Positions 24,162-39,247 are shown, counted from the stretch's first letter. The stretch is 64,000 bases of DNA from Squalus acanthias (GCA_030390025.1 CM059432.1:248001-312000), one strand, 5' to 3'. The notes: generated by a model from the letters alone, not told the origin. A program made the numbers and translations.

Positions 24162-24963
24162 CACAGTTCCAGAATGTTGTGCAATAACTGGGCAGGTGGA
24201 AAATACAAGACATTGTTTACAACACATTAAGTTACTGACACCAAGGAACTCCAGCAGAGGTTTGGCGCAAACAGTTCCAGGAGATAAACCTTCTCACCAT
24301 TCCCCATAAACCATCAACAACCCGTTAAAAGCCCCAATCTCCCATCACAAGCTACTGCTGTCACATCAGCAACTTCTCAGAAGGGATAGACATTCAATAT
24401 GAAGCCTCACAAAAAGCAAGATACTCAAGTACAAAGAAGATTACTGTAGCAAAGGTTCAGACTGGAAACCATCCAGGAACAGTGGACCTGCTCAAGGGGA
24501 GATTTGGGACCTCAAGGCCACAAACCCAATGGGGATTTGTAGAATTCAATACACATGAAATCAAGCCTTGAACCTTTCACTTTCTCCAACTCCCATCATT
24601 GAGACTACCAGGATGGTAGAGGGCAAACAAGATGGACCTTGGTCATTTAAGCTACAGGATAGAAAGGGGTGGGTAACTTGAACATTTCTCCCAGGAACCT
24701 CAGGCTGCAACAATTTTACACCGCCCAATAAAACATTCTAGGGTCACAGTAAAGAATTCCATCCTTTAACTCTTCTTGTACCCAAGCCAACATTGAGACC
24801 TTAAGAAAGTCAAAACTGATGATATCAATCACAGGCAAAGGCCCAAATCAAAAACTGAACCGTTATCAGCCAGTCAGGCAGCATCTGCTGAGAAATTAAT
24901 GAAAAGGTGACATTTCAGGTATAAATTAGTCAAGCCCAAATCAGTTCTGATCCCTACAGCACA

Positions 24964-25968
<1,005 letters not shown>

Positions 25969-26204
25969 CTAGAATGGGGAATAAAACAAAGGATGAAACA
26001 TGCCATCAGGAGTTAGAGGAGACCGACTCAAAATTATACAATGGTACAGCACAGAAGGAGGCCACTACTACTGAATCTGTAGCCACCATCCTTCCACAAA
26101 AAAGGTTTTTCCTCCCTCCTGTCACATCTGGTTCTTTTGCCAATGACCTTATATCTGTGCCCTCTGGTCATTGACCCCTCAGCCAACTTTTTTTTTTTAA
26201 AGTT

Positions 26205-26360
26205 ATATAAATGCAGCGAGTTGTGGTGATCTGGAACACGCTGCCTGAAAGGGTGGTGGAAGCAGATTCAAAATAACTTGCAAAAAGGGGAATTGGATAA
26301 ATGAGAAAAAATTCTCATGGCTATGGGGGAAGAGCAGAGGAGTGAGATTAATTGAATAGC
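26205..26360 (+). mobile_element. CR1 3' fragment in the actin intron
   Basis: TCTGGAACACGCTGCCTGAAAGGGTGGTGGAAGCAG matches other CR1 ends in the window. Confidence 0.65.
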
Positions 26361-28065
26361 TGTACGATTCTATGAACATCAGGATCGCTATGGCGACCAG
26401 GAACATCAGTATCGCTATAGCGACCAGATCAGGAGGATTGAAGTTCTCCTCCCTCACTATGTGGCTGGTGCAAACCCAGATCTGGTGTTGGCTCAAATTC
26501 CATTGCAACAGGAACTGTGATGCTCTCCTGCAGAGCTTACTGCAAGATCAGAGCGTGATAGAGGCACTGGGCGGGGTGAGGTTTAAGGAGATGACAAGCA
26601 AGTTTGTCTCCAGCCTTGAATGGTCTGATGGGTTAAAGTGCAGGGATTGAGAATTAAGCCACTCCCCACACAAAGCAAGAGACACTGATCCATGGTCAGG
26701 CTGTGGGAGTCACTGGCAAGGCCAGCACTCACTGCCCATGTGTGGGACTGGAGAAGGAGGGGGGGGGGGAGGGAGATTGGCAGCTGCTGAGGTTCAATCT
26801 TTCACCTCTCCAATAAAGGAGGCAAAAAAAAGGAAATCATTCATCCCACTGATTTGTGGGATCTTGCTCTGTACAGAATGGCTGCTGTGTTGGCCTTCAG
26901 AAGTCAAGGCACAAAGCATTCTGGGATATTGGGAGGGGTGATAAAGGTGTCATTTACAAACACATCCCCCAACCGAATACCACAAGCACTTGAGACAGCA
27001 GGAGGCCGTGACAGGCACTATATAAATGAAAGGCTTTTCTATGCAGAGTTCCATGGGTGGGTATAGCACCCTACCTCACCCACACACAGTTCACACAACC
27101 AGTGACAATATTTAGCCACAGCCCAACCCAGCTCTTGAACAATGCACACCAACAGGATGTTGGTGGACACTTAACTATCTCCCTCCCCTCTAGCACAGGG
27201 GCGGTTTTCATTGTAACTCCAATACCTCAAGCAGTGATCAAACCAGCTCCACAGTTCAGTGTTACACAAGGTGTACACACAATAAACAGAGCATAAAGAA
27301 ATAAAACAAGCCAGCACAGGCACGATGGGCCTCCTGTGCAGAGATTCGATGCCAAATACACTAGTGCCACCCACCATCACCTGAGACTAAGTACCAGAGA
27401 CGTTTCATTTTTAATTTTTAAAAAGTTTCCATGTACAACCAGACCGATTGTCTCCACATTCTGACCATTGCCAAGAAAAAACAATCCTCTCGCTACTGCC
27501 CATCCACCCCCAGGAAGCAGTTGGAGTGTCGTTAAGAACCCATCTTTCAGGAAGGAAACCGGCCGTCCTGCCCCAGTCCCACACAACAATGAGGGATGGC
27601 CAATAAATGACGGGATGTGGGTGTCGCTGGCAATCCTATGAATAACTGAAAGCAATAGGATTTAGTTGCAACGTGGCAGAGGCAAGGGAGCAGCATTAAT
27701 GGCGGAGGCACATGGTGACGGTGCCTCTGGGAGGAGTCCAGGGGAAATGGATGTTGGAACAAGGAGCCCAACAGCAGAGCAGAAAGGGTCAGCATCTAAA
27801 CATTGCAGGGGGGGGTCGGGGATGGAAACCTGGGGGGAGGGGGGTGTTGCAGTGAATCAGACACCCTGGCCAACAGCCAGCTTTGCTGCAGCCATGTCCA
27901 TCATGAAGCAGTCAGTCAGTTTTTGCTACATGGCCATCTATTGACTTGGCAGTGGGCCAACTTGGTTCCTTTCTCATCATACAACCTTTAAAAACCACAC
28001 TTACATTGCAGCACAGTTCAATCAAACCCCTGCCACAGCAAGACCAGAATATCATCCTGGAAACA

Positions 28066-28516
28066 TCAGAAATTTACAGCACAGGAGGAGGCCATTCAGC
28101 CCAGCGTGTCTGTGCTGGCCAACGAGGAGCTATCCAGCCTAATCCCACTTTCCAGCTCTTGGTCCACAGCCCTGTAAGTTACAACACTTCAAGTGTCTAT
28201 CCAAGTACTTTCAGGCAGTGAGTTCCAGACCCCAACACCCTTTGGGTGAAAAAAAAGTTTAACTCCCATCCAATCCTTCTACCAATTACTTTAAATCTAT
28301 GCACCCTGGTTATCAACCCTGCTGCTCAGGGAAATAAGTCCTTCTATCCACTCAATCAAGACCTCAATTTTATACACCTCAGTTAAATCTCCCCTCAGCC
28401 TCCTCTGTTCCAAAGAAAACAAACCCAGCCTATCATCATAGCTAAAATTCTCCAGTCCTGGGAACATCCTCAAATCTCCTCTGCACCCTCTCTAGTGCAA
28501 TCACATCTTTCTTGTA
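28066..28516 (-). mobile_element. CR1 3' fragment in the actin intron
   Basis: Homologous to 38775-39247 and 55093-55717. Confidence 0.8.
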
Positions 28517-28790
28517 AACACACCTCACATTTGACACAGAACAATTGGATCCAACACCCAGCAAAACACACAGCTCCCATCACCAAATGGTGCAACTGAA
28601 GTTGACCAGGGAGAGTTAGCAACTGCACTCCCTCCCCCCACAACCACAGCACTCCCTCCCACCCCAGGGAGCAGGCTTCATTCTGGCAGCAGTCTCATCA
28701 GAACAGCTCCAGCCCAGAGAGATCAATCCCAGCCCTTCAAGCAAGCAGTTTAACAAAGCCTGCATTCAAATCTTTTGAGGGAAGGAGCTA

Positions 28791-28988
<198 letters not shown>

Positions 28989-29099
28989 TTAGAATCTGTG
29001 GGAAGTGACTGAAACAGAGAAGGAAAAACCCATTAATAGAGACACAGACCTCACAACACATTTCAGACCAACTAGTCACCAAATGAAAGCCAGTCTCAC

Positions 29100-29320
29100 T
29101 CTACCTTCTAACAGAGAATGTATTCCAACTCCTGATCCCAGGCTGCACCTACACAACCCAGTGCCCCCACCTCACCCCTTATAGAGCACCAGGCTCCACC
29201 CACATTCCTATCACATGAGTCAGCCCACCAATGAGATTTAGGGGCAGGAGCCAAAACCAGCCACTGAGGCTCAGGGGGCGGAGTTCAGTCCAATCACAGG
29301 GAGAGAACCCAATCATTCAA
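29100..29320 (-). promoter_or_regulatory. Probable actin promoter and short non-coding exon 1
   Basis: TATAAG 29178-29183 (minus), MCAT CATTCCT 29203-29209, AP-1 TGAGTCA 29216-29222, CCAAT at 29228, 29290 and 29309, GC box 29275-29283; polypyrimidine acceptor near 29009-29030. Confidence 0.65.
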
Positions 29321-29486
29321 TTTATTTTTAACTTCTTGGCATTATTCACACTTTGAAACATAAACTTTTTCCTCCTTTTGTTAATTATTTTCAGTGTGAA
29401 TTAATATTCGCCGTTGGATTTAACCATTTCCCTCCCTCTCAGGTGATGGTTCGGGCTCGGTAACCGTTCCCCAGGATACAGAGCAA

Positions 29487-30110
29487 TAACAACAACAACT
29501 TGTATTTATATAGCGCCTTTAACGTAGTAAAACGTCCCAAAGTGCTTCACAGGAACGCTTTCGAACAACGTTTAACAGAGAGCCACATAAGGAGAAATTA
29601 GGGCAGGTGACCAAAAGCTTGGTCAAAGAGGTAGGTTTTAAGGAGCATCTTAAAGGAGCAGAGAGAAGTAGTGAGGCGGAGAGGTTTAGGGAGGGTATTC
29701 CAGAGCTTGGGGCCCAGGCAGCGGAAGGCATGGCCGCCAATGGTGGAGCGATGGTATTCAGAGATGCTCAAGAGGCCAGAATTGGAGGAGCGCAGAGATC
29801 TCGGAGGGTTGGAGGCAAAGTTCCCATTAAGCAGCCGCGCAGCGCTCTGGAGGTCCCGAGCAGCCGGCGAGCCAGCTTTTAAACAGAAAAACCGCGCATG
29901 CGGGGAATTTTGAATGGCCCGTGCAGCCTGTTAAAGGGGCCGCGCGAGCCAAAAAAATTAAGAGGGAACATTGGTTCTGGGCTGGAGGAGGTTACAGAGA
30001 TAGGGAGGGGCGAGGCCATGGAGGGATTTGAATTTTGAAATCGAGGTGTTGCTTAACCGGGAGCCAATGTAGGTCAGCGAGCACAGGGGATGATGGAAGA
30101 ATGGGACTTG
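29487..30110 (-). mobile_element. L2-type LINE 3' end, interrupted by a MITE
   Basis: Close match to 9126-9600. Confidence 0.88.
29816..29973. mobile_element. hAT-like MITE, copy 1
   Basis: TIRs CAAAGTTCCCATTAA / TTAAGAGGGAACATTG; degenerate 8-bp flanks GTTGGAGG / GTTCTGGG; homologous to 55884-56036. Confidence 0.7.
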
Positions 30111-30410
30111 AAGCAGGAAACCAGACCCCACCTCAACTGTCTGACACATGTGGACCGGAAGGGCCGAGCTTTGATCGCCATCTTGTGTTGAGTTAACCCA
30201 GCCAAGGCAAGCTGTAGGTGGGCCTGGAGAGGAGCGAGTGAGGGCAAATAGATCGCAGGGCTGTTGATCGCAATCCAGCAATCCCTGCCGGAAAGCGTGT
30301 CCCTCTATTGGTCGATTAGCCTGTCAATATTCGCCATCTAGGCTCTCAAGAAAGAAATAACTACTCATGCTAGATTCCTGGTGGGGTTCAAAAATGCCCA
30401 TGTACCCAGC

Positions 30411-32420
30411 CAGTGGCTCAATGGGCAGCACCCTCGCCCCTGAGTCAGAAGGTTGTGGGTTCAAGTCCCACTCCAGAAACTTGAGCACAAAAATCTAGGC
30501 TGACACTCCCAGTGCAATGCTGAGGGAGCGCCGCACTGTCGGAGGGGCAGTACTGAGGGAGTGCTGCACTGTCTGAGGGGCAGAACTGAGGGAGAGCTGC
30601 ACTGTCGGAGGGGCAGTACTGAGGGAGTGCTGCACTGTCGGAGGGGCAGTACTGAGGGAGAGCTGCACTGTCGGAGGGGCAGTACTGAGGGAGCGCTGCA
30701 CTGTCGGAGGGACAGTACTGAGGGAGCGCCGCACTGTCGGAGGGGCAGTACTGAGGGAGCACTGCACTGTCGAAGGGCCAGTACTGAGGGAGCGCCGCAC
30801 TGTCGGAGGGGCGGTACTGAGGGAGCGCCGCACTGTCGGAGGAGCAGTACTGAGGGGGCACCGCACTGTCGGAGGGGCAGTACCGAGGGAGCGCCGCACT
30901 GTCGGAGGGACAGTACTGAGGGAGCGCCGCACTGTCGGAGGGGCAGTACTGAGGGAGTGCCGCACTGTCGGAGGGGCAGTACTGAGGGAGCGCCGCACTG
31001 TCGGAGGGGCAGTACTGAGGGAGCACTGCACTGTCGGAGGGGCAGTACTGAGGGAGCACCGCACTGTCAGAGGGGCAGTACTGAGGGAGCACCGCACTGT
31101 TGGAGGGGCAGTACTGAGGGAGCACCGCACTGTCGGAGGGGCAGTACTGAGGGAGCACCGCACTGTCGGAGGGGCAGTACTGAGGGAGTGCCGCACTGTT
31201 GGAGGTGCCGTCTTTCGGATGAGACGTTAAACCGAGGCCCCGTCTGCTCTCTCAGGTGGACATAAAAGATCCCATGGCATTATTTTGAAGAAGAGCAGGG
31301 GAGTTATCCCCGGTGTCCTGGCCAATATTTATCCCTCAATCAATGTCACTACAAACAGATTATCTGGTCATTATCACATTGCTGTTTGTGGGAGCTTGCT
31401 GTGTTCAAATTGTTCAGTGCCACTCACAGCTCCTCAGATAATGAAGCAGTCCATGCCCGCATGTAGGAAGACCTGGACGACATTCAGGCTTGGGCTGATA
31501 AGTGACAGGTAACATTCACGCCACACAAGTGCCAGGCAATGACTAAACAAGCGAGAGTCTAACCACCTCCCCTTGACATTCAACGGCATTACCATCGCCG
31601 AATCCCCCCACCATCAATATCCTGGGGGTCACCATTGACCAGAAACTTAACTGGACCAGCCACATAAATACTGTGGCAACAAGAGCAGGTCAGAGGCTGG
31701 GTATTCTGCGGCGAGTGTCTCACCTCCTGAATCCCCAAAGCCTTTCCACCATCTACAAGGCACAAGTAAGGAGTGTGTTGGAATACTCTCCACTTGCCTG
31801 GTTGAGTGCAGCTCCAACAACATTCAAGAAGCTCGACACCATCCAGGACAAAGCAGCCCGCTTGATTGGCACCCCATCTACCACCTTAAACATTCACTCT
31901 CTCCACCACCGGCGCACCGTGGCTGCAGTGTGTACCATCTACAAGATGCACTGCAGCAACTCGCCAAGGCTTCTTCGGCAGCACCTCCCAAACCCGCGAC
32001 CTCTACCACCTAGAAGGACAAGGGCAGCAGGCGCATGGGAACACCACCACCTCCAAGTTCCCCTCCAAGTCACACACCATCCTGACTTAGAAGTATATCG
32101 CTGATCCTTCATTGTCGCTGGGTCAAAATCCTGGAACTCCCTCCCTAAAAGCACTGTGGGAGTACCTTCACCTCACGGCATGCAGCGGTTCAAGAAGGCA
32201 GCTCACCACCACCTTCTCAAGGGGCAACTCGGGATGGGCAATAAATGCCGGCCTCGCCAGCAACGCCCACATCCCATGAACGAATATTAAAAAAAGATTG
32301 GCTGCGATGTTTCCTACATTACAACAGTGACTACACTCCAAAAGTACTTCATTGGCTGTAAAGCGCTTTGGGACGTCCGGTGGTCGTGAAAGGCGCCAAA
32401 GGAATGCAAGTCTTTCTTTC
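30411..32420 (+). mobile_element. tRNA-derived Deu-domain SINE (SacSINE1-like) with an internal 33-bp array (30519-31203), interrupted by a LINE at ~31412-32295
   Basis: A box TGGCTCAATGG, B box GGTTCAAGTCC, Deu-like GGATGAGACGTTAAACCGAGG...AAAGATCCCATGGCA, L2-like tail at 32360-32415. Confidence 0.85.
31412..32295 (+). mobile_element. CR1-superfamily LINE family B (possibly Zenon-like), 3' end
   Basis: ORF IYKAQVRSVLEYS...HHRRTVAAVCTIYKMH...WNSLP; A-rich end; sits inside the SINE. Confidence 0.8.
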
Positions 32421-32789
32421 ATGTGTCAGCCCCTCAAGGAGAGGAGGGAAGGAGCAGGGAGCCTCGGCACAATGGGAACACCATGGTGAAAAGCTACCAG
32501 CACACGAAGGGTTGAACCACACACATTCTTCTCTCTGACATCGCAGGTTGCAGTGAATTTACCTTATTTGGTAATTAACCGGCAGAGCTTTCTCAGCCAC
32601 ACCTTGGTATTTAAAGGGACAGGCTTACGGCAAGCACCTAGCTGGCTTTCATCGGGATCCTCCAGTCCCAGGGAGTCACCACCTGGTCCGATCATGACAG
32701 CAAAGTTACACAGGGCTTGGGGGCACCATCCCTAGTCCTCCCTAATCAGTCTAATTGAAATAATCAGTCAATATGAACACAGTCTAGTC

Positions 32790-33112
32790 CCTACAACCCC
32801 CCGAGATCTCTGCGCTCCTCCAATTCTGGCCCCTTGTCCATCCCCGCTATCCATCGCTCCACCATTGGCGGCCGTGCCTTCAGCTGCCTGGGCCCTATGC
32901 TCTGGAATTCCCTCCCTAAACCTCTCCACCTCTCTCTCCTCCTTTAAGACGCTCCTTAAAACCTCCCTCTTTGACCAAGCGTTTTGGTCACCTGTCCTAA
33001 TATCTCCTTATGTGGCTCGGTGTCAAATTTTGTTTGATAATCGCTCCTGTGAAGCGCCTTGGGACGTTTTACTACATTAAAGGCGCTATATAAATACAAG
33101 TTGCTGTTGTTG
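32790..33112 (+). mobile_element. L2-type LINE 3' end
   Basis: Tail AAGGCGCTATATAAATACAAGTTGCTGTTGTTG. Confidence 0.85.
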
Positions 33113-33129
33113 TTCATTATTTTAAGCAT

Positions 33130-33375
33130 CGAGAATCAGGGAATCGCACAGCACAGGAGGAGGCCATTCGGCCCATCGTGCTGTGCCGGCTCTTTGAACG
33201 AGCTCTCCAATTAGTCCCACTCCCCCTGCTCTTATCCCATCGCCCTGCACATTTCTCCTTTTCAAGTATTTATCCAATTCCCTTTTGAAAGTTACTATTG
33301 AATCTGCTTCCACCGCCCTTTCAGGCAGCGCGTTCCAGATCACAACAACTCACTGCGTAAAGAACATTCTCCTCC
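33130..33375 (-). mobile_element. CR1 3' fragment
   Basis: IWNALPERAVEADSIVTFKRELDKYL. Confidence 0.8.
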
Positions 33376-33469
33376 TCTGGTTAATTTGACAATTCTTTGC
33401 CCATACGCTTAGCATTTCAGACAGAGCCAGAATTTTAAAGCTGTCTCAGTAACTCCGGAGTTTTAAGCT

Positions 33470-36400
33470 GACCTCAGGATGTCTCAAAGGGCTTTACAGC
33501 TAATATTGAACTTTCTGTGATATATAAAATGCAGAAGCCAATTTGCGCACAGCAAGCTCCCACAAACAGCAATGTGATCGTGACCAGATCAGCTGTTTTA
33601 GTGATGGACACTGGGGAAAAATGCCCCAGCTCTTCTTTGAATAATGCTGTGGGACCATTTTACCAATGATCTTAAATATCTATCAAATTGCCCATATTCT
33701 AAGTGAGAGGGCAGACGGGGCCTCAGTTTAAAGTCTCATCCGAAAGACGACACCTCTGACAGTGCGGCGCTCCCTCAGTACTGCTCCTCCGACAGTGCAG
33801 CGCTCCCTCAGTACTGCCCCTCCGACAGTGCAGCACTCCCTCAATACTGCCCCTCCGACAGTGCGGCGCTCCCTCAGTACTGCCCCTCCGACAGTGCGGC
33901 GCTCCCTCAGTACTGCCCCTCCGACAGTGCGGCGCTCCCTCAGTACTGCCCCTCCGACAGAGCGGCGCTCCCTCAATACTGCCCCTCCGACAGTGCGGCG
34001 CTCCCTCAGTACTGCCCCCCCGACAGTGCAGCACTCCCTCAGTACTGCCCCTCCGACAGTGCAGCACTCCCTCAGTACTGCCCCTCCGACAGTGCAGCGC
34101 TCCCTCAGTACTGCCCCTCAGACAGTGCAGCACTCCCTCAGTACTGCCCCTCCGACAGTGCAGCACTCCCTCAGTACTGCCCCTCCGACAGTTCAGTGCT
34201 CCCTCAGTACTGACCCTCTGACAGTGCAGCACTCCCTCAGTACTGCTCCTCCGACAGTGCGGCTCTCCCTCAGTACTTCCCCTCCGACAGTGCAGTGCTC
34301 CCTCAGTACTGCCCCTCCGACAGTGCGGCGCTCCCTCAGTACTGCCCCTCCGACAGTGCCATGCTCCCTCAGTACTGCCCCTCCGACAGTGTAGCACTCA
34401 CTCAGTACTGACCCTCCGACAGTGCAGCACTCCCTCAGTACTGCCCCTCCGACAGTGCAGCACTCACTCAGTACTGACCCTCCGACAGTGCAGCGCTCCC
34501 TCAGTACTGCCCCTCCGACAGTGCAGTGCTCCCTCAGTACTGACCCTCTGACAGTGCAGCGCTTCCTCAGTACCGCCCCTCCGACAGTGCGGCGCTCCCT
34601 CAGTACAGCCCCTCCGACAGTTCAGTGCTCCCTCAGTACTGACCCTCTGAGAGTGCAGCACTCCCTCAGTACTGCCCCTCCGACAGTGCGGCTCTCCCTC
34701 AGTACTGCCCCTCCGACAGTGCGGCGCTCCCTCAGTACTGCCCCTCCGACAGTGCGGCGCTCCCTCAGTACTGCCCCTCTGACAGTGCAGCGCTCCTTCA
34801 GTACTGCCCCTCCGATAGTGCAGCGCTCCTTTAGTACTGCCCCTCCGACAGTGCAGCGCTCCCTCAGTACTGCCCCTCCGACAGTGCGGCTCTCCCTCAG
34901 TACCGCCCCTCCGACAGTGCGGCGCTCCCTCAGTACTGCCCCTCCGACAGTGCGGCGCTCCCTCAGTACTGCCCCTCCAACAGTGCGGCTCTCCCTCAGT
35001 ACAGCCCCTCCGACAGTGCTGCGCTCCCTCAGTACTGCCCCTCCGACAGTGCGGCGCTCCCTCAGTACCGCCCCTCCGACAGTGCGGCGCTCCCTCAGTG
35101 CCGCCCCTCCGACAGTGCGGCGCTCCCTCAGTACTGCCCCTCCGACAGTGTGGCGCTCCCTCAGTACCGCCCCTCCGACAGTGCGGCGCTCCCTCAGTAC
35201 TGCCCCTCCGACAGTGCGGTGCTCCCTCAGTACTGCCCCTCCGACAGTGCGGCGCTCCCTCAGTACCGCCCCTCCGACAGTGCGGCGCTCCCTCAGTACT
35301 GACCCTCTGACAGTGCAGCACTCCCTCAGTACTGCCCCTCCGACAGTGCGGCGCTCCCTCAGTACCGCCCCTCCGACAGTGCGGCGCTCCCTCAGTACTG
35401 CCCCTCCGACAGTGCAGCGCTCCTTCAGTACTGCTCCTCTGACAGTGCAGCACTCCCTCAGTACTGCCCCTCCGACAGTGCGGGGCTCCCTCAGTACTGC
35501 CCCTCCGACAGTGCGGCTCTCCCTCAGAACCGCCCCTCCGACAGTGCGGCACTCCCTCAGTACTGCCCCTCCGACAGTGCCATGCTCCCTCAGTACTGCC
35601 CCTCCGACAGTGTAGCACTCACTCAGTACTGACCCTCCGACAGTGCAGCACTCCCTCAGTACTGCCCCTCCGACAGTGCAGCACTCACTCAGTACTGACC
35701 CTCCGACAGTGCAGCGCTCCCTCAGTACTGCCCCTCCGACAGTGCAGTGCTCCCTCAGTACTGACCCTCTGACAGTGCAGCGCTTCCTCAGTACCGCCCC
35801 TCCGACAGTGCGGCGCTCCCTCAGTACAGCCCCTCCGACAGTTCAGTGCTCCCTCAGTACTGACCCTCTGAGAGTGCAGCACTCCCTCAGTACTGCCCCT
35901 CCGACAGTGCGGCTCTCCCTCAGTACTGCCCCTCCGACAGTGCGGCGCTCCCTCAGTACTGCCCCTCCGACAGTGCGGCGCTCCCTCAGTACTGCCCCTC
36001 TGACAGTGCAGCGCTCCTTCAGTACTGCCCCTCCGATAGTGCAGCGCTCCTTTAGTACTGCCCCTCCGACAGTGCAGCGCTCCCTCAGTACTGCCCCTCC
36101 GACAGTGCGGCTCTCCCTCAGTACCGCCCCTCCGACAGTGCGGCGCTCCCTCAGTACTGCCCCTCCGACAGTGCGGCGCTCCCTCAGTACTGCCCCTCCA
36201 ACAGTGCGGCTCTCCCTCAGTACAGCCCCTCCGACAGTGCTGCGCTCCCTCAGTACTGCCCCTCCGACAGTGCGGCGCTCCCTCAGTACCGCCCCTCCGA
36301 CAGTGCGGCGCTCCCTCAGTGCCGCCCCTCCGACAGTGCGGCGCTCCCTCAGTACTGCCCCTCCGACAGTGTGGCGCTCCCTCAGTACCGCCCCTCCGAC

Positions 36401-38441
36401 AGTGCGGCGCTCCCTCAGTACTGCCCCTCCGACAGTGCGGTGCTCCCTCAGTACTGCCCCTCCGACAGTGCGGCGCTCCCTCAGTACCGCCCCTCCGACA
36501 GTGCGGCGCTCCCTCAGTACTGACCCTCTGACAGTGCAGCACTCCCTCAGTACTGCCCCTCCGACAGTGCGGCGCTCCCTCAGTACCGCCCCTCCGACAG
36601 TGCGGCGCTCCCTCAGTACTGCCCCTCCGACAGTGCAGCGCTCCTTCAGTACTGCTCCTCTGACAGTGCAGCACTCCCTCAGTACTGCCCCTCCGACAGT
36701 GCGGGGCTCCCTCAGTACTGCCCCTCCGACAGTGCGGCTCTCCCTCAGAACCGCCCCTCCGACAGTGCGGCACTCCCTCAGTACTGCCCCTCCGACAGTG
36801 CCATGCTCCCTCAGTACTGCCCCTCCGACAGTGTAGCACTCACTCAGTACTGACCCTCCGACAGTGCAGCACTCCCTCAGTACTGCCCCTCCGACAGTGC
36901 AGCACTCACTCAGTACTGACCCTCCGACAGTGCAGCGCTCCCTCAGTACTGCCCCTCCGACAGTGCAGTGCTCCCTCAGTACTGACCCTCTGACAGTGCA
37001 GCGCTTCCTCAGTACCGCCCCTCCGACAGTGCGGCGCTCCCTCAGTACAGCCCCTCCGACAGTTCAGTGCTCCCTCAGTACTGACCCTCTGAGAGTGCAG
37101 CACTCCCTCAGTACTGCCCCTCCGACAGTGCGGCTCTCCCTCAGTACTGCCCCTCCGACAGTGCGGCGCTCCCTCAGTACTGCCCCTCCGACAGTGCGGC
37201 GCTCCCTCAGTACTGCCCCTCTGACAGTGCAGCGCTCCTTCAGTACTGCCCCTCCGATAGTGCAGCGCTCCTTTAGTACTGCCCCTCCGACAGTGCAGCG
37301 CTCCCTCAGTACTGCCCCTCCGACAGTGCGGCTCTCCCTCAGTACCGCCCCTCCGACAGTGCGGCGCTCCCTCAGTACTGCCCCTCCGACAGTGCGGCGC
37401 TCCCTCAGTACTGCCCCTCCAACAGTGCGGCTCTCCCTCAGTACAGCCCCTCCGACAGTGCTGCGCTCCCTCAGTACTGCCCCTCCGACAGTGCGGCGCT
37501 CCCTCAGTACCGCCCCTCCGACAGTGCGGCGCTCCCTCAGTGCCGCCCCTCCGACAGTGCGGCGCTCCCTCAGTACTGCCCCTCCGACAGTGTGGCGCTC
37601 CCTCAGTACCGCCCCTCCGACAGTGCGGCGCTCCCTCAGTACTGCCCCTCCGACAGTGCGGTGCTCCCTCAGTACTGCCCCTCCGACAGTGCGGCGCTCC
37701 CTCAGTACCGCCCCTCCGACAGTGCGGCGCTCCCTCAGTACTGACCCTCTGACAGTGCAGCACTCCCTCAGTACTGCCCCTCCGACAGTGCGGCGCTCCC
37801 TCAGTACCGCCCCTCCGACAGTGCGGCGCTCCCTCAGTACTGCCCCTCCGACAGTGCAGCGCTCCTTCAGTACTGCTCCTCTGACAGTGCAGCACTCCCT
37901 CAGTACTGCCCCTCCGACAGTGCGGGGCTCCCTCAGTACTGCCCCTCCGACAGTGCGGCTCTCCCTCAGAACCGCCCCTCCGACAGTGCGGCACTCCCTC
38001 AGTACTGCCCCTCCGACAGTGCGGCGCTCCCTCAGTACTGCCCCTCCGACAGTGCAGCTCTCCCTCAGTACCGCCCCTCCGACAGTGCGGCGCTCCCTCA
38101 GTACCGCCCCTCCGACAGTGCGGCGCTCCCTCAGTACCGCCCCTCCGACAGTGCGGCGCTCCCTCAGTACCACCCCTCCGACAGTGCGGCGCTCCCTCAG
38201 TACCGCCCCTCCGACAGTGCGGCGCTCCCTCAGTACTGCCCCTCCGACAGTGCGGCACTCCCTCAGTACCGCCCCTCCGACAGTGCGGCGCTCCCTCAGT
38301 ACTGCCCCTCCGACAGTGCGGCACTCCCTCAGTACTGCACTGGAAGTCAGCCTAGGTTAAGGGCCCAAGTCTCTGGAGTGGGACTTGAACCCACGACCTT
38401 CTAACTCAGAGATGAGAGAGCTGCCCACTGGGCCACGGCTG
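33470..38441 (-). mobile_element. Deu-domain SINE inflated to ~5 kb by an internal minisatellite
   Basis: tRNA-like head 38375-38441 (B box GGTTCAAGTCC on minus); Deu domain and tail at 33470-33755. Confidence 0.85.
33754..38338. repeat. 33-bp minisatellite (~139 units) containing three 1221-bp (37-unit) higher-order repeats at ~34331-38022
   Basis: The marker variant GCCATGCTCC recurs at 34358, 35579 and 36800; translated ORFs repeat at a 1221 offset. Confidence 0.97.
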
Positions 38442-38774
38442 AATCTCAGATACCTCATTAACAAGTTGAGTTCGGAAGAAGTCCTGTCTGATTTCTATCA
38501 ATCTTTTGCCTGCCCTTACAGTGAGATGCCCCACCACTGGGCCAATGGATTCTTGGGTTTCTGAGCTATCATTCCCATGGTTGGAAATGTTGATGGGGTG
38601 AGATGAAGCGGGGTGGGAGGAGGCTGGTGTGGAGCATAAACACCAGCATAGACCAGTTGGGCCGAATGGCCTGTTTCTGTGCTGTAAATTCTTTGTAATT
38701 CTACGTTAGGAATGACATTCAACCGCTGGAGCGTGAGACCTGGTGTAGCAGGTCAGGTTACGGGAGTTATTATT

Positions 38775-39247
38775 AGAATCATAGAATCATAGAAATTTAC
38801 GGCACAGAAGGAGGCCATTCGGCCCATCGTGTCTGTGCCGGCCGACAAAGAGCTCTCCAGCCTAATCCCACTTTCCAGCTCTTGGTCCGTTGCCCTGTAG
38901 GTTACGGCACTTCAAGTGCATATCCAAGTACTTTTTAAATGTGATGAGGGTTTCTGCCTCTACCACCCTTTCAGGCAGTGAGTTCAAGACCCCCAGCACC
39001 CTCTGGGTGAAAAAAGTTCTCCTCAACTCCCCTCTAATCCTTCTACCGAATACTTTAAATCTGTGCCCCCTGGTTATTGACCTCTCTGCTAAGGGAAATA
39101 GGTCCTTCCTATCCACTCTATCTCGGCCCCTCATAATTTTATACACCTCAATTAAATCTCCCCTCAGCCTCCTCTGTTCCAAAGAAAACAACCCCAGCCT
39201 ATCCAATCTTTCCTCATAGCTAAAATTCTCCAGTCCTGGCAACATCA
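38775..39247 (-). mobile_element. CR1 3' fragment
   Basis: ORF 38862-39245 SYEERLDRLGLFSLEQRRLRGDLIEVYK; AGAATCAT tail repeat. Confidence 0.9.

Noticed and set aside
30411..30475. tRNA gene (also 38375-38441 and 58912-58970)
   Set aside because: A and B boxes are present but these run into SINE or repeat sequence, and no complete cloverleaf was seen.
33723..38360. Long ORFs (STAPPTVRRSL, HCRRGSTEGAP, QYCPSDSAALP repeats) as proteins
   Set aside because: A by-product of a 33-bp unit that is open in several frames on both strands, inside a SINE.
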